A model generated the notes under the pieces. The model was not told where the DNA came from, ran no database searches, and saw only the letters and a program-made list of their open reading frames with translations. This document shows positions 47,597-58,679 of a stretch of DNA of 64,000 nt, in pieces. Made by a program: the position numbers and the translations under genes. This DNA is from a bacterium (GTDB lineage Bacteria > Patescibacteriota > CPR2 > UBA1875 > CAIMLA01). The first letter of the stretch is position 1. Every line of letters starts with the position of its first letter. The stretch is from contig JBAXUE010000001.1 in the NCBI GenBank assembly GCA_037129835.1, positions 26,085-90,084 of the forward strand, read 5' to 3'.

Positions 47597-48621
47597 ATAA
47601 TGATATTGATCACATTTTAGATAGTGAAGAAACTCCAGAAGAAGAGATCTTTGAGGAAACTTTGCGTCCTCGAAAATTCGCAGATTATGTTGGACAAAAA
47701 AAGGCTAAAGAAGGGTTAAAGATAACTATCGAGGCCGCTCGCAATAGAAAAGAGCCGATCGATCACGTGCTTTTATATGGCCCTCCGGGACTTGGAAAAA
47801 CTACTCTAGCGAACGTAATCGCCGCTGAAATTGGCGCACAAATTAGAGTGACAAGTGGGCCCGCGATAGAAAGAGCCGGTGATTTGGCCTCTATTTTAAC
47901 TAATCTGCAAGAAGGCGATATTCTGTTTATAGACGAAATACATCGACTTAATCGTACGGTAGAAGAGGTCTTATACCCAGCGATGGAGGATTTTGTCCTA
48001 GACATAATTATTGGCAAAGGGCCAGCAGCCCGTTCTATTCGTCTTGATCTGCCGAAGTTTACAATCATCGGTGCAACAACTAGAATGGGCTCCATATCAT
48101 CGCCCCTTAGAGATAGGTTTGGGCTAGTGAACAGACTAGAATTCTATGAAGACGATGAAATAGAAAAAATTATCAAACGCTCTGCGAAGATACTCGGGAT
48201 AGAAATAGAAGAGCTGGGCGCAAAAGAGATAGCCAAAAGGTCTCGAAAGACTCCTCGCATCGCGAATAGACTGCTGAAAAGGGTTAGAGACTTCGCTGAG
48301 GTAAAGGCGCAAGGTAAAATTGATAATGAGGTCGCCAACAAAGCTTTGGATATGCTGGAAGTAGACGAATATGGTTTAGATAATACTGATCGTAAGCTAC
48401 TTGCAACTATTATCGAGAACTTCAAGGGCGGACCCGTTGGACTCTCGACCTTGTCCGCGGCAACCAGTGAGGAGATTGAAACGATAGAAGATGTTTACGA
48501 ACCATATCTTATTCAAATCGGTTTCTTAGAACGGACTCCAAGAGGACGTAAGGTTACGACAAGTGGCTTTCAGCATCTCGGCTATAATCCCACGAACCCA
48601 GAACAAGATAGTTTACTTTAA
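47593..48621 (+). CDS. ruvB: Holliday junction helicase RuvB
   Basis: [24 protein letters not shown]. Confidence 0.97.
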   Translation: MNNDIDHILDSEETPEEEIFEETLRPRKFADYVGQKKAKEGLKITIEAARNRKEPIDHVLLYGPPGLGKTTLANVIAAEIGAQIRVTSGPAIERAGDLASILTNLQEGDILFIDEIHRLNRTVEEVLYPAMEDFVLDIIIGKGPAARSIRLDLPKFTIIGATTRMGSISSPLRDRFGLVNRLEFYEDDEIEKIIKRSAKILGIEIEELGAKEIAKRSRKTPRIANRLLKRVRDFAEVKAQGKIDNEVANKALDMLEVDEYGLDNTDRKLLATIIENFKGGPVGLSTLSAATSEEIETIEDVYEPYLIQIGFLERTPRGRKVTTSGFQHLGYNPTNPEQDSLL

Positions 48622-48696
48622 ATATTATTTTAAAACGATTGACACTTAGCCTTGTCGGCACGATAATTAACCTAATGATTATTTATCGGAGGGTTT

Positions 48697-51600
48697 GTGT
48701 CTTTAGCAAAGAAAATAATTGCATTTTTCCAGATACAAAATAGGCCTAATTACAGACCACATGTGCGGAGAGAAAGATTTGTTACTGCATATAATGACGC
48801 TATAAATATAGGGATTAACCATAATAGTTCCCGTAGAAGACAGGTAATTAGAAGATATAATACTGGTTTTACTTATTCAATTATAAAAAATAAAAAAAAT
48901 GAGACTAGATTTCTCGTTCGTACGGTTTCCTATACTGTGGCTGTAATGTTGGTTTTTTCTATTTTTAATTTTGCCTCTGCCAGTTTATCTCCTACACAAG
49001 ACCAAGTGCCAGATGGAGTAGTAAAAAATGAAATCTTAGTTAAATATCGTAATAAATCAGCGTCCGTACTTACGAGCATCGAGCGAGATAGACATGTGTT
49101 GGCAAAAGAGCAAGCCTTTGATGATAAAGTACTTCTTGATGTTCGCTCAAAATTTGCAACAAGAACAGCTCGGGCGGAATCAATTAATGATGTTCCTGCG
49201 GATTTAGCAAATGTAATAAAAGTTAAAGTAGAGCCAGGCGCAAATATCCCAGAACTCATAATGCAATATCGTCTAGATCCGAATGTTGAATCGGTAAGTT
49301 ACAATTATTTAAAAAAATTAGAATATTCTCCCAATGATCCTTTATACGGGACCCAATATAATTTGACCAGTATTAATGCTGGAGCGGCAATTGATATAAA
49401 TGAAGGTGCGCCCGCTGTTGTGATAGCTGTTTTGGATTCTGGTGTTCAGGGCACACACGATGATTTCACTTACGCTGATTTGAGCACTAAAGTTTTGGCT
49501 GGTTATGATTTTGGAACAAATACCGCGATACCAGCAAATTCAAACTCAGATACTTCGGCTTCACCTGGACACGGTACGGCCGTTGCGGGTACAGCAGCAG
49601 CTTTATGTAATAACGCAAAAGGGATTTCTGGTATAGCTTGTAATAATAAAATAATGCCAGTTAAGATCGCTGATGCAGCTGGGCTAATTAATACCATAAC
49701 TGTGACGCGAGCTATTTTGTACGCTGTTGCCAACGGAGCCGATATTATTAATCTAAGTATTGGGTCAGAAGTTGCAGAAACAACAGTATATGATTCCTTT
49801 ATGGACGATGCTCTGAAGTACGCTCATGATAATGGTGTAGTGACAGTTGTAGCAGCAGGAAATGGGGAATTTGGGGATAAAAATATTGGTGATGACATTG
49901 CTTTTTCTTCTCCTGCAAGTTCGCCATATGCGATAGTCGTCGGAGCAACAGGGACCGATAATGCACGAGTTGCATGGTCAAACTATGGATCAAAACTAGA
50001 TTTCATGGCACCGGGCGTTGCAATCCCTGTTCCTAGCGCCACAGCACATGATCAATACAAGACTGTTGCTGGTACTTCATTTTCTGCTCCAACAGTTTCG
50101 GGGGTGATCGGTCTTATGCTATCGGAGAACCCCAGCCTTACAGTTGAGCAGATCCGACAAATACTTAGGAAAACAGCAACAGATATGGGTACTGCTGGCT
50201 TTGATATAAACACGGGTTACGGATTGATAAATGCCGGTAAGGCAATGACCGCAGTATCGAGCACCATGCCATCAACAGCGTTTATTAATCCCGTCCAAAA
50301 TGTTAATAACGGCTCCAGATTGATCACCGGCACTGCTAGTGGACCACTTTTCCATTCCTATAGTTTAGAGTATGGTTCTACTACCCAGCCATCTTCTGGC
50401 TGGACAGTAATTTCTACTAGTCATAGCCCTGTCACTGATAGCACTCTGGGTACTTGGGACACATCTTCTATGGGCGCCGGAAATTATACAATTAGATTGA
50501 CAGTCACAAATAACGATACGCCGATTACTACGAGCACATTTACAACTTATGCAGAAATAGTGAATATACCTAAGATAATAGTCAACAACCCAGGAGTTAC
50601 CAATGATACAACACCTACCATTACGGGTAAAATTATCAGCACAAATGGAAAGATAATTGATTTAGCTGCATATGCCGTCGATTCGTCTCTGGTTGCAAAT
50701 CTTTCTGAAATTACACTTACTCCTACTGGAGTGTCAACAGAAGTTAATTATTCTTTTACGACCCCTCAACTTACGGCAGGAAACCACAGAATTTGGATAG
50801 CAGCCTTAGATTCATCTACCGTTCAGGGCAACTATGATTTGAGCTTGAGTATAGATATTACCGCCCCCATAGCGCCCGTTATCGCTTCTCCGGTGAATAA
50901 TGACATTGTGAATACAGATACTGTAGATGTTTCTGGCACAGCAGAGCCAAATTCTACAGTGACGGTTTATGTCGATTCTGCGTCTGTTGGAACTACAAAA
51001 ACTGATTCTATTGGAGTATGGGCGAAAAACTCTGTCCCGCTTGCCGCAGGAGAAAACAATTTAGAAGCTACAGCAACTGATGTGGCAAATAATGTAAGCG
51101 TAAAATCCACCTCTGTGAATGTATCTAGAACAGCAGGTCCCAGTATTGGGTTGGCAGTGGTATCTACTTCTGTTATTGCTGGTACAGAATTTAATATTAC
51201 GGCCTCTGCTTTAGATGCCGACACCAATGTAAATACTGGTTTTCGAGGTACAGTAACTTTAACCTCAAGTGATAGTGCGGCGACACTGCCGACACAGTCT
51301 AACCATGAGTACGTAAGTGCAGATAATGGAGTATTTGAGTTCACTGGTATTACTTTAAGAACAGCTGGGGCACAAACAATCACTGCAACTGTTAGTAATG
51401 ATAGTGAATATACTGTGAAAACTTTCATAAAAAGATTTACAGTTTCAGCTGCTCCTGCGACAGAGATCATCATGGAGTCTGGTAATTCTCAGTCTGCCGT
51501 AGTCAATCGTTACCTCAAAGACCCACTCGTGGTTTTAGTAAAAGATACATATGGCAATCCGGTACCAAATAAAGACTTAAGCATCAATGTTACTGTTGGC

Positions 51601-52404
51601 GGTGGTTTAGCTGTCCCTTCAGCCATCACAACGGGTTCGAATGGCATGGGCAGTACGACATTTAAGATGGGTTCAACGGTAGGTAGTAATGCACTTACAA
51701 TAGGAGCAGACGGTCTTACCGCAGTAACATTTACAGCAACAGCAACTATCTTTATTTATAACGTAACACCTGGTGAGGGTAGTTCGATAAGTCAAAATAC
51801 TTATATACAAAGTAGTGATACAAATGCTAAGGCAGCATTTGATGTAGGCGCTGTTACTGAGAACACAAATGTTACTATAAGTAAAATCGCGCAAACTCAT
51901 TCACCAACATCCGGGAAAATCTATATTAGCGGTAGTGATTTTTATGATTTTACTGCCGAGAAAGAATCTGGAGAACTAGTAACATCTTTTCCTGAAAACA
52001 AGGTTATGATCGCAATATTATTTAATGCGGCTATCGCAGAATCAGTCATTTATACCAACCCATCTTTATATTTTTGGAATAAAGATACCAGTGTCTGGGA
52101 CCAAGCTGGTGTAAACGAATTTATGGGAAATAGTTATGGTGTCGTGGCTATGCCTACGCATTTTACCGGTTTTGCTGCCATGGCAGATGGTGTGGAATCA
52201 GTACCATCTACTTATACTGATAGCCCAACAACTAGCCCCACTGCCTATATCACTAAACTAGCATCAACGGTCGGAGTAGCCACACTACCTTCAACCGGCA
52301 CAAGCTTAGTAATACTCTATGAACTCATCATTGCTCTGTTGTTTGGGCTAGTCTTATCTTTGTACCACCCGCAAATGATAAAAAGGTTTAAGAGAAGAAA
52401 ATAA
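48697..52404 (+). CDS. S8 subtilase with Ig-like domains and LPxTG-type C-terminal anchor
   Basis: Triad VLDSG / GHGTAVAG / GTSFSAP; Thr/Ser-rich beta domains; LPSTG plus TM plus KRFKRRK; start uncertain. Confidence 0.9.
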   Translation: MSLAKKIIAFFQIQNRPNYRPHVRRERFVTAYNDAINIGINHNSSRRRQVIRRYNTGFTYSIIKNKKNETRFLVRTVSYTVAVMLVFSIFNFASASLSPTQDQVPDGVVKNEILVKYRNKSASVLTSIERDRHVLAKEQAFDDKVLLDVRSKFATRTARAESINDVPADLANVIKVKVEPGANIPELIMQYRLDPNVESVSYNYLKKLEYSPNDPLYGTQYNLTSINAGAAIDINEGAPAVVIAVLDSGVQGTHDDFTYADLSTKVLAGYDFGTNTAIPANSNSDTSASPGHGTAVAGTAAALCNNAKGISGIACNNKIMPVKIADAAGLINTITVTRAILYAVANGADIINLSIGSEVAETTVYDSFMDDALKYAHDNGVVTVVAAGNGEFGDKNIGDDIAFSSPASSPYAIVVGATGTDNARVAWSNYGSKLDFMAPGVAIPVPSATAHDQYKTVAGTSFSAPTVSGVIGLMLSENPSLTVEQIRQILRKTATDMGTAGFDINTGYGLINAGKAMTAVSSTMPSTAFINPVQNVNNGSRLITGTASGPLFHSYSLEYGSTTQPSSGWTVISTSHSPVTDSTLGTWDTSSMGAGNYTIRLTVTNNDTPITTSTFTTYAEIVNIPKIIVNNPGVTNDTTPTITGKIISTNGKIIDLAAYAVDSSLVANLSEITLTPTGVSTEVNYSFTTPQLTAGNHRIWIAALDSSTVQGNYDLSLSIDITAPIAPVIASPVNNDIVNTDTVDVSGTAEPNSTVTVYVDSASVGTTKTDSIGVWAKNSVPLAAGENNLEATATDVANNVSVKSTSVNVSRTAGPSIGLAVVSTSVIAGTEFNITASALDADTNVNTGFRGTVTLTSSDSAATLPTQSNHEYVSADNGVFEFTGITLRTAGAQTITATVSNDSEYTVKTFIKRFTVSAAPATEIIMESGNSQSAVVNRYLKDPLVVLVKDTYGNPVPNKDLSINVTVGGGLAVPSAITTGSNGMGSTTFKMGSTVGSNALTIGADGLTAVTFTATATIFIYNVTPGEGSSISQNTYIQSSDTNAKAAFDVGAVTENTNVTISKIAQTHSPTSGKIYISGSDFYDFTAEKESGELVTSFPENKVMIAILFNAAIAESVIYTNPSLYFWNKDTSVWDQAGVNEFMGNSYGVVAMPTHFTGFAAMADGVESVPSTYTDSPTTSPTAYITKLASTVGVATLPSTGTSLVILYELIIALLFGLVLSLYHPQMIKRFKRRK

Positions 52405-52946
52405 TGAAATTATTGCTACACGCTTGTTGCGGCCCTTGTTTTTTGGGTGTTTGGAGAGAATTATCCTCCCATAAAGACATTGATACTTCTCTTATCTATT
52501 ATAATCCAAATATATTCCCCGATAGTGAATATGACAAACGCTATCATAATCTAATTAAAGCTTCGATTGGAAAAGTAAACAATCTAATAAAGCCTGATTA
52601 TCAAAGTCAATTGTATGGAATAGCTATAAACAAAAATAATTCTGCTTATCCTGGGCGTTGCCTTTATTGTTATCGCCTTCGTTTGGAAAAGGTTGCGCAA
52701 TATGCTGTTAAAAATGCGTACGACGCATTTTCTACAACGCTACTTGTAAGTCCATATCAACAGCATGATATATTAAAGAAAATTGCAGAAGAAGTTGCGG
52801 CAAAGCATAATATTAAATTCTATTACTACGACTGGCGGCCGTATTTTAGAGAAAGTCAAAATGATGCACGCCAAACTGGACTATATCTACAAAAATACTG
52901 TGGTTGTGAATACTCACTAAAAGAAGCTTCAAAGACGAATAAGTAA
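52404..52946 (+). CDS. queH: Epoxyqueuosine reductase QueH (DUF208)
   Basis: LLLHACCGPC, YNPNI, RCLYCY, QKYCGC. Confidence 0.92.
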   Translation: MKLLLHACCGPCFLGVWRELSSHKDIDTSLIYYNPNIFPDSEYDKRYHNLIKASIGKVNNLIKPDYQSQLYGIAINKNNSAYPGRCLYCYRLRLEKVAQYAVKNAYDAFSTTLLVSPYQQHDILKKIAEEVAAKHNIKFYYYDWRPYFRESQNDARQTGLYLQKYCGCEYSLKEASKTNK

Positions 52947-53003
52947 GCGCAACTTTCTTTTAACTTTAACTGTTTTGACATATAATTATTCTAAGAGGGG
53001 TTT

Positions 53004-53231
53004 ATGGCATTTTTCTTATTAATATATGTGTTTATTTGTATATACTGGTTCGTAAGGAGTGTGCTTTTAACGGTTATAATCTTTAAGCATCGCTTCCCCG
53101 GAAGAGAAGTCATATATGGGCTTATCGCGTTTTGGTCTTGGTCTTTTATTATTTTATTTGCGTCGTTTATGCTTATTTCTGCTGCAGACTGGAAAACCGT
53201 TCCCGATTTTATGAAAGTACTAGGGGGTTAG
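53004..53231 (+). CDS. Small two-TM protein
   Basis: SD GAGGGG; hydrophobic. Confidence 0.6.
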   Translation: MAFFLLIYVFICIYWFVRSVLLTVIIFKHRFPGREVIYGLIAFWSWSFIILFASFMLISAADWKTVPDFMKVLGG

Positions 53232-53840
53232 ATGCAAGGAAACAAATACTTTGAATCCCAAGGAGATAACGAAGAAGTAATACTAGTTATTCGTCGTTAT
53301 TTTTTGGGTATATTTCAAGAGATGATCTTTGCGGTTATCTCATTTATACTGATATTTGTCTTTTTTGGTGCCGTGGCAGTCTTTTTCCCTATATTAATAC
53401 AGGGTTACGGATATAACATCTGTGTTTTGTTGTGGAGCCTATTAATGTTATTTGTTACGTTATTTATTTTCACTGTCTGGTCTTTGCATTATCTCAATGT
53501 TGCCATTATTACAAACGAGCATCTTGCAGAGATAGACCAAAAAGGAGTATTCACTAGGGACGTTTCGGTAATGACACTCGATAAGCTACAAGATATTTCT
53601 GCTTCTCAAGATGGGTTCTTCCCAAATATGTTTAATTATGGGAAAATACATATACAAACTGCTGGGGAACTACCCAATTTTGTATTAGAATTCGTTAAGG
53701 ACCCGCATGGAGTGGCAAAAAAGATTATTGAAGTTACAAAAACATATCATGGCAACAATAGAGCTGTTGAAAATGAGGATAACAACAATTATGACGCAGA
53801 AAAAGCTATGAACACAACAACGTCAAAACAAGGAGATTAG
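53232..53840 (+). CDS. Membrane protein with bacterial PH domain
   Basis: Two TM then IITNEH...NYGKIHIQTAG. Confidence 0.8.
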   Translation: MQGNKYFESQGDNEEVILVIRRYFLGIFQEMIFAVISFILIFVFFGAVAVFFPILIQGYGYNICVLLWSLLMLFVTLFIFTVWSLHYLNVAIITNEHLAEIDQKGVFTRDVSVMTLDKLQDISASQDGFFPNMFNYGKIHIQTAGELPNFVLEFVKDPHGVAKKIIEVTKTYHGNNRAVENEDNNNYDAEKAMNTTTSKQGD

Positions 53841-53845
53841 GGTTA

Positions 53846-54916
53846 ATGGAGGGATTCATCTTTAAAATTGATCCTATATGGAAGAAAAAAGACGTAGTAG
53901 GTATTGATATCGGTACCAAAACTATTAAATTTGTTCAACTCAAAAAACACGGTAGATTAACAAGATTAGTTAGCTATGGCCAGATACCCGTGCCCGAAAA
54001 TTTTATTATTGAGGGTATAGTCGCGGAGCCAGAGAAACTATCAGAAATTATTCGTAAATTCTTTAATGAAAATAAGTGGGGGAAAATCACAGCCAAAAGA
54101 GTCTGTGCCTCTCTCCCAGAGTCAAAAATATTTACTCATATTGTTTCCTTGCCACAGAAGACGACAAAAGAGTTGGTGGATGCAGTAAACTGGGAGGCAA
54201 GCCAGACAATTCCGATGGCTATGACAGATCTTTACATGGATTGGCAGGTTATTGGCGCCACCGAAAAAAATAATGAAATGGTAGAAGTTATATACTCTGC
54301 AGCACCGCGTGCGATAGTGGATTCATATATGCAACTTTTTAGTATTTTGGGGTTAGAAATCGAAAGCTTAGAAACTAGTCTGATCCCAATTGTTAGAGCC
54401 ATTATTTCCTCTAAGAAAAATAATGTAGCAACACTTATTATCGATATTGGCGGTAGGAGTACTAATCTTGCAGTTATTGATGGCTTTGTACGGATTACCG
54501 GTAGTACACTTCTTGGCGGCGAGCAGCTTACTTATCGTGTTTCTGAGGCTTTAAATATTAATGAAACTAAGGCTACAAAGGATATAGTAATTAAAAATAC
54601 AAAAGACAGGGCCAAGATAAGGCAAGCTCTTGATACGGAAGTTACTGAAATAACAAAAGAGGCTACTAGGGTTATTAATTATTATGAAACTAATAGCGAA
54701 AAACATAGAAAGATAGAGCGGGTACTAATTTGTGGCGGAAGTGCCGGACTACCTACTTTGATTGATATTTTTACAGAAAAACTAGGGATAAAAACAGAGA
54801 TAGGCAACCCATGGCTGAACATTTCTGTATACCCAATAAAGTCTATACCGCACCAAGACGTTCCTGGGTACACCACAGCAGTTGGATTGGCGCTGTTGGG
54901 GGTAGAAAATGATTAG
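53846..54916 (+). CDS. pilM: Type IV pilus assembly protein PilM
   Basis: GIDIG, IDIGG, ICGGSA, AVGLAL actin-like motifs. Confidence 0.92.
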   Translation: MEGFIFKIDPIWKKKDVVGIDIGTKTIKFVQLKKHGRLTRLVSYGQIPVPENFIIEGIVAEPEKLSEIIRKFFNENKWGKITAKRVCASLPESKIFTHIVSLPQKTTKELVDAVNWEASQTIPMAMTDLYMDWQVIGATEKNNEMVEVIYSAAPRAIVDSYMQLFSILGLEIESLETSLIPIVRAIISSKKNNVATLIIDIGGRSTNLAVIDGFVRITGSTLLGGEQLTYRVSEALNINETKATKDIVIKNTKDRAKIRQALDTEVTEITKEATRVINYYETNSEKHRKIERVLICGGSAGLPTLIDIFTEKLGIKTEIGNPWLNISVYPIKSIPHQDVPGYTTAVGLALLGVEND

Positions 54917-55478
54917 ACTAAATCTTATGCCACCAGAAATCAAAAAAGAGCTAGAGTACGCCAGGAAAAACGCTAAAATATACCAGAATCTACTTCGACT
55001 TTTTGCTATTTTCTTTGCGACGATTACCTTGATGGGCTTTGTTTATTTGGTTGTTTTGGACAATTTTACTTTAGCGAAAAATGTTCAGGCGAGTGCGAAA
55101 TTTCAAAACTCAAGACTGGAAGAGACGAAGATCTCGGCAACAGATATTTATAATCGTATCAATTTGATTGGAAAATTACGAAAAGATCGGCTTAATTGGG
55201 AGCATATCTTTTCAGAGATAGCGAATAGTACCCCTATTGGCGTACGGCTTATAGGCTTTGATTTTACTAATGTCGCAAAAAACAGAGTTGAGCTAGTCGG
55301 TTTCGCACTATCAAATGCTGATGTTGGTAACTTCAGGGAATTACTGTCAAAGTCGAGAATATTCCAATATGTTGATATAGAGAATTTATCAGCAGGAACC
55401 GACCCTTTGGATTCTACAAAATCAGGAGTTACCTTTAAAATATCTTTGAACCTAAAGATAGGTGAGGCGAAAAAATGA
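54909..55478 (+). CDS. pilN: PilN-like protein
   Basis: LNLMP N-terminal motif, TM, position after pilM. Confidence 0.85.
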   Translation: MIRLNLMPPEIKKELEYARKNAKIYQNLLRLFAIFFATITLMGFVYLVVLDNFTLAKNVQASAKFQNSRLEETKISATDIYNRINLIGKLRKDRLNWEHIFSEIANSTPIGVRLIGFDFTNVAKNRVELVGFALSNADVGNFRELLSKSRIFQYVDIENLSAGTDPLDSTKSGVTFKISLNLKIGEAKK

Positions 55479-56053
55479 AAGGTGTAGCTCAAAAAACATA
55501 TTTTAACCTCGTAATGGCTACTATGGTTTTAATAGTCATTTTTATTTCTTTATTATCACTGGGTTGGTACTATATAATAAGTCTGAGTAACACAGTAAAT
55601 AGTCTAAATACTGAAAAAAATAATTATCAAAACGAATCTACAATACTTGAAAATTTAAATGCAAAGATGAATAAAATATCTTCCCAAAAAAACCTTGTTT
55701 ATGAATCTATTCCGAAGTCAAAAGACATTTCAAATTTTATCGCGACTATCGAAGTTGAAACAAGAAAATATAATTTATCGATGTCAAAAACTTCAATAGG
55801 CACTACGAAATCTGTGACAAAAACAGGAAGTGACTACAGTCAAACAATTAATAAGCAGCAGTATTATGAGATTCCAATACAATATGAGGTTTACGGGAAA
55901 TACGAAGATTTAACAAATTTTATTAATAGTTTATCGGGTCTTGCACGACTGAATTCTGTATCCAACCTCGTGATTACAGCAGATAATTCAGATCCAGCAC
56001 AACCCACAAAGGTAAAAGCGGGATTTATAATAACGATTTATGCGAAAAAATGA
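55475..56053 (+). CDS. pilO: PilO-like protein
   Basis: TM, coiled coil, GKYEDLTNFI..L..LAR. Confidence 0.82.
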   Translation: MKGVAQKTYFNLVMATMVLIVIFISLLSLGWYYIISLSNTVNSLNTEKNNYQNESTILENLNAKMNKISSQKNLVYESIPKSKDISNFIATIEVETRKYNLSMSKTSIGTTKSVTKTGSDYSQTINKQQYYEIPIQYEVYGKYEDLTNFINSLSGLARLNSVSNLVITADNSDPAQPTKVKAGFIITIYAKK

Positions 56054-56334
56054 GTAAAATAAAAGTTAACAAAGAAAATATTATCAGAATGAGCACTGGT
56101 TCATTAAAATACTTGCAATACTTTAGTGCTATATTATTTGTCATCGTGATGGTGTATTTGTCATATTATGTACTTGTGCCTCGAGCAGATGTAGCTTCGC
56201 AATCGCAAGGTATAGTTGAAAATAATAAACTTAATATGAATTTTAATACCAAAATATTAAATGAAACTAGTCAGTCACAAAACATTCAAGCAGCAGAACC
56301 TGGCAGTACCAGGAACCCTTTTTCGCCTATGTAA
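56050..56334 (+). CDS. Small membrane protein in the PilP position
   Basis: TM and C-terminal RNPF. Confidence 0.6.
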   Translation: MSKIKVNKENIIRMSTGSLKYLQYFSAILFVIVMVYLSYYVLVPRADVASQSQGIVENNKLNMNFNTKILNETSQSQNIQAAEPGSTRNPFSPM

Positions 56335-56356
56335 TTATTATGGGTCTAATGACGTT

Positions 56357-57658
56357 TTATTCTAAAATAAGCCACTCTGTAATCGTCCATTTTCCAGCAG
56401 GTCCAGAAGATATGCCGCTGTTTCCCCAGTTGCCATCATAGTCAAGAGTCGCATTGTTCTCAAGTACTAAGCCGTTTGCAACTACCGCTCTAATTTGAGA
56501 GACGTTATTTTGTTTATATGAGCCATATGGGGCATAGTAAACGCCTCCGTGAATGTTGTTTGAGACGTTAATCGCAGGGTAGCTTTTCCAATTGTCAGGC
56601 TGGGCTGGAGCTTTTGGCGACTGCGTAGAGAACATTAGTATATAGCTTGGTGTTTTGGGGTTATTTTTGTTTATTCCGGAAATAGTAACATTATTGCTAA
56701 GAGAAATAATACCTTTAGTCCAGTCAGATCGGTTACTTTTATAATCCGCAATAATAACAGCACTGTTGTTGCCAAAGCTTGAATCTAGATATACTTTGGC
56801 ATTATTATTTATCGTTATATTGCCGTTAACCCATAAATTACCAGTAATCTTTAGCTCAGAGTTGTTTGTTACGGTGAGATTGCCATTTATTTGTCTTGGT
56901 CCGAGTGTGTTGTTTGTGCCATTTATGGTTACATTGCCGTTTGTAATGCCACCAGCCGTAGCCACTGCTTCGAAGGAATCAATTGTGCTTTCGAGGTTCG
57001 CTGGGGCGATTGGTGGCTCTTGGGTAGCCGGGTAGGCCCCAGTCGTCTTTGTGCCCGCAACATTTGTTCCGCTTATCGTGAAGGCCGTAGCATTGCCGCT
57101 GATTTTGCCATTACTGATATAGCTTGTTGTTGGTGAGTTGCCTGCACTCGTAGCGTTACCTGTTATAGATGAATTATTACTCATATATATAGGACCATTT
57201 GAATAAGCACTGCCCTTGATTACGGCGTTATTGGACATAGAAATTTGGTTGGCATTAGACTGAGCGCTGTAGTTAAAGTTAAGCGTAGTAACGTTTTCTA
57301 CGCCATTAATTTTTACCCTTACGGTCTTTGTTGCTTGAGGCTTCGCTTTTGTCGGAAGATAGCCAGTGGACTCAATATATTTGCAATCTGTGCCACAATC
57401 TTCGGTAGAGACATCAAATTCTCCCCCTGTCAAAGTTGTATCTAATGTTTTTGTTGCTCCATATGTAAGATTTCCTTTATTAATTTCCCATAATCCTTTA
57501 TTTATGCCAGCCTCGGCATAAGTAAGTGCGGAGAGAATTTGATATTGTTTTTGAATATTTTTTGAATGTGTCCTTACGGCCAAAGAAAGAGCGATCCCCA
57601 GTGTCATTAAAGTAACTAAGACCATAAGTATTCCTATGAGTATGCTTCCCTTTTTCAT
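56357..57658 (-). CDS. PilX-like minor pilin with Asn-rich beta domain
   Basis: MKKGSIL class III signal; ALTYAEAGI. Confidence 0.8.
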   Translation of the reverse strand: MKKGSILIGILMVLVTLMTLGIALSLAVRTHSKNIQKQYQILSALTYAEAGINKGLWEINKGNLTYGATKTLDTTLTGGEFDVSTEDCGTDCKYIESTGYLPTKAKPQATKTVRVKINGVENVTTLNFNYSAQSNANQISMSNNAVIKGSAYSNGPIYMSNNSSITGNATSAGNSPTTSYISNGKISGNATAFTISGTNVAGTKTTGAYPATQEPPIAPANLESTIDSFEAVATAGGITNGNVTINGTNNTLGPRQINGNLTVTNNSELKITGNLWVNGNITINNNAKVYLDSSFGNNSAVIIADYKSNRSDWTKGIISLSNNVTISGINKNNPKTPSYILMFSTQSPKAPAQPDNWKSYPAINVSNNIHGGVYYAPYGSYKQNNVSQIRAVVANGLVLENNATLDYDGNWGNSGISSGPAGKWTITEWLILE

Positions 57659-58212
57659 ATGTGGTTCCTCAGTCTAGCTTTACCCGTAAGTGTAATTTGC
57701 TTGGTCTTCCCATTTACCCGATCGCCCGTCCTAACCGTGGCTGTTACCAAAGTTGCCGTTTCGGCACTTGGATCGTATGAAAAACTTAATTCTAGTACAT
57801 TTGTACTCAGTATTTTATCTATTCCGTTAGTATTATACCGAGTACTAGAGGGATCCGCATAAACAATCCGATGAATTTTGCTATCAGCATAAAAATAAAT
57901 AATGCGATCGAAGAGCATACTTGTGCCAGAATATTGTATCTGTTTGTCGTGATTAATTGCTGGAACTTGGATAATAATAGTGTTTGTGCCCGTTGTAAAA
58001 CCATTGTGGCTAGCCTCTATCAGCATTCCATTTTTTGTTTCGGTAATAATTTTATCTAAAATTGTTTGTGAGTTTGCTTGTATTCTCGCGTTAGATATTT
58101 CATCATTAAAGGTCCGATACCCACTAATAAAAACATTGGAAATTATCAAAGATATTACCGCCACTAGAGACATGGTAATAAGTAGTTCAACTAGAGTAAA
58201 ACCTTTTTTCAT
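57655..58212 (-). CDS. Minor pilin (PilW-like)
   Basis: MKKGFTLVELL. Confidence 0.85.
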   Translation of the reverse strand: MKKGFTLVELLITMSLVAVISLIISNVFISGYRTFNDEISNARIQANSQTILDKIITETKNGMLIEASHNGFTTGTNTIIIQVPAINHDKQIQYSGTSMLFDRIIYFYADSKIHRIVYADPSSTRYNTNGIDKILSTNVLELSFSYDPSAETATLVTATVRTGDRVNGKTKQITLTGKARLRNHI

Positions 58213-58601
58213 TCCATCCCTCCATACATATAGGTATTCAAGGTAACATTTTGAGCTCTTCCCCGGAAACTCCAATCGATAGTGACCTTTATTGCAGCCA
58301 GCCTGTTATCGGTTTGTGGTTTTGTGATTTTAATCTTACCTGATGAGTTAGCTATTCCATCGACTACAAATATAGTGTCGCAAGATACTTGTGGTAGGGG
58401 ACAGAGAGAAACTATTTTGCTTTCTTTAAATTTTTCAATCTCGTTACTAGCGGCTTCTGTAGCAAGAAGTCTTTGTTTTGTTTGCTGGTTTTGATAAATA
58501 GTATTTTGAATTAACGGCAGAACTGCCGAAAATATAACAGCACAAAGCATCAGTGCAATCAATACTTCAATAAACGAAACTCCTGGTTTTTGATATTTCA
58601 C
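58209..58601 (-). CDS. Minor pilin (PilV-like)
   Basis: PGVSFIEVLIA. Confidence 0.8.
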   Translation of the reverse strand: MKYQKPGVSFIEVLIALMLCAVIFSAVLPLIQNTIYQNQQTKQRLLATEAASNEIEKFKESKIVSLCPLPQVSCDTIFVVDGIANSSGKIKITKPQTDNRLAAIKVTIDWSFRGRAQNVTLNTYMYGGME

Positions 58602-58630
58602 ATACCCTCCAAGTTAATTATATATTACAA

Positions 58631-58660
58631 CAAAACAGGTAGCCTTTGCTACCTGTTTTG
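58631..58660 (-). terminator. Terminator after the putative major pilin
   Basis: CAAAACAGGTAGC-cttt-GCTACCTGTTTTG. Confidence 0.7.
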
Positions 58661-58679
58661 AATACGTCATGACATATTA

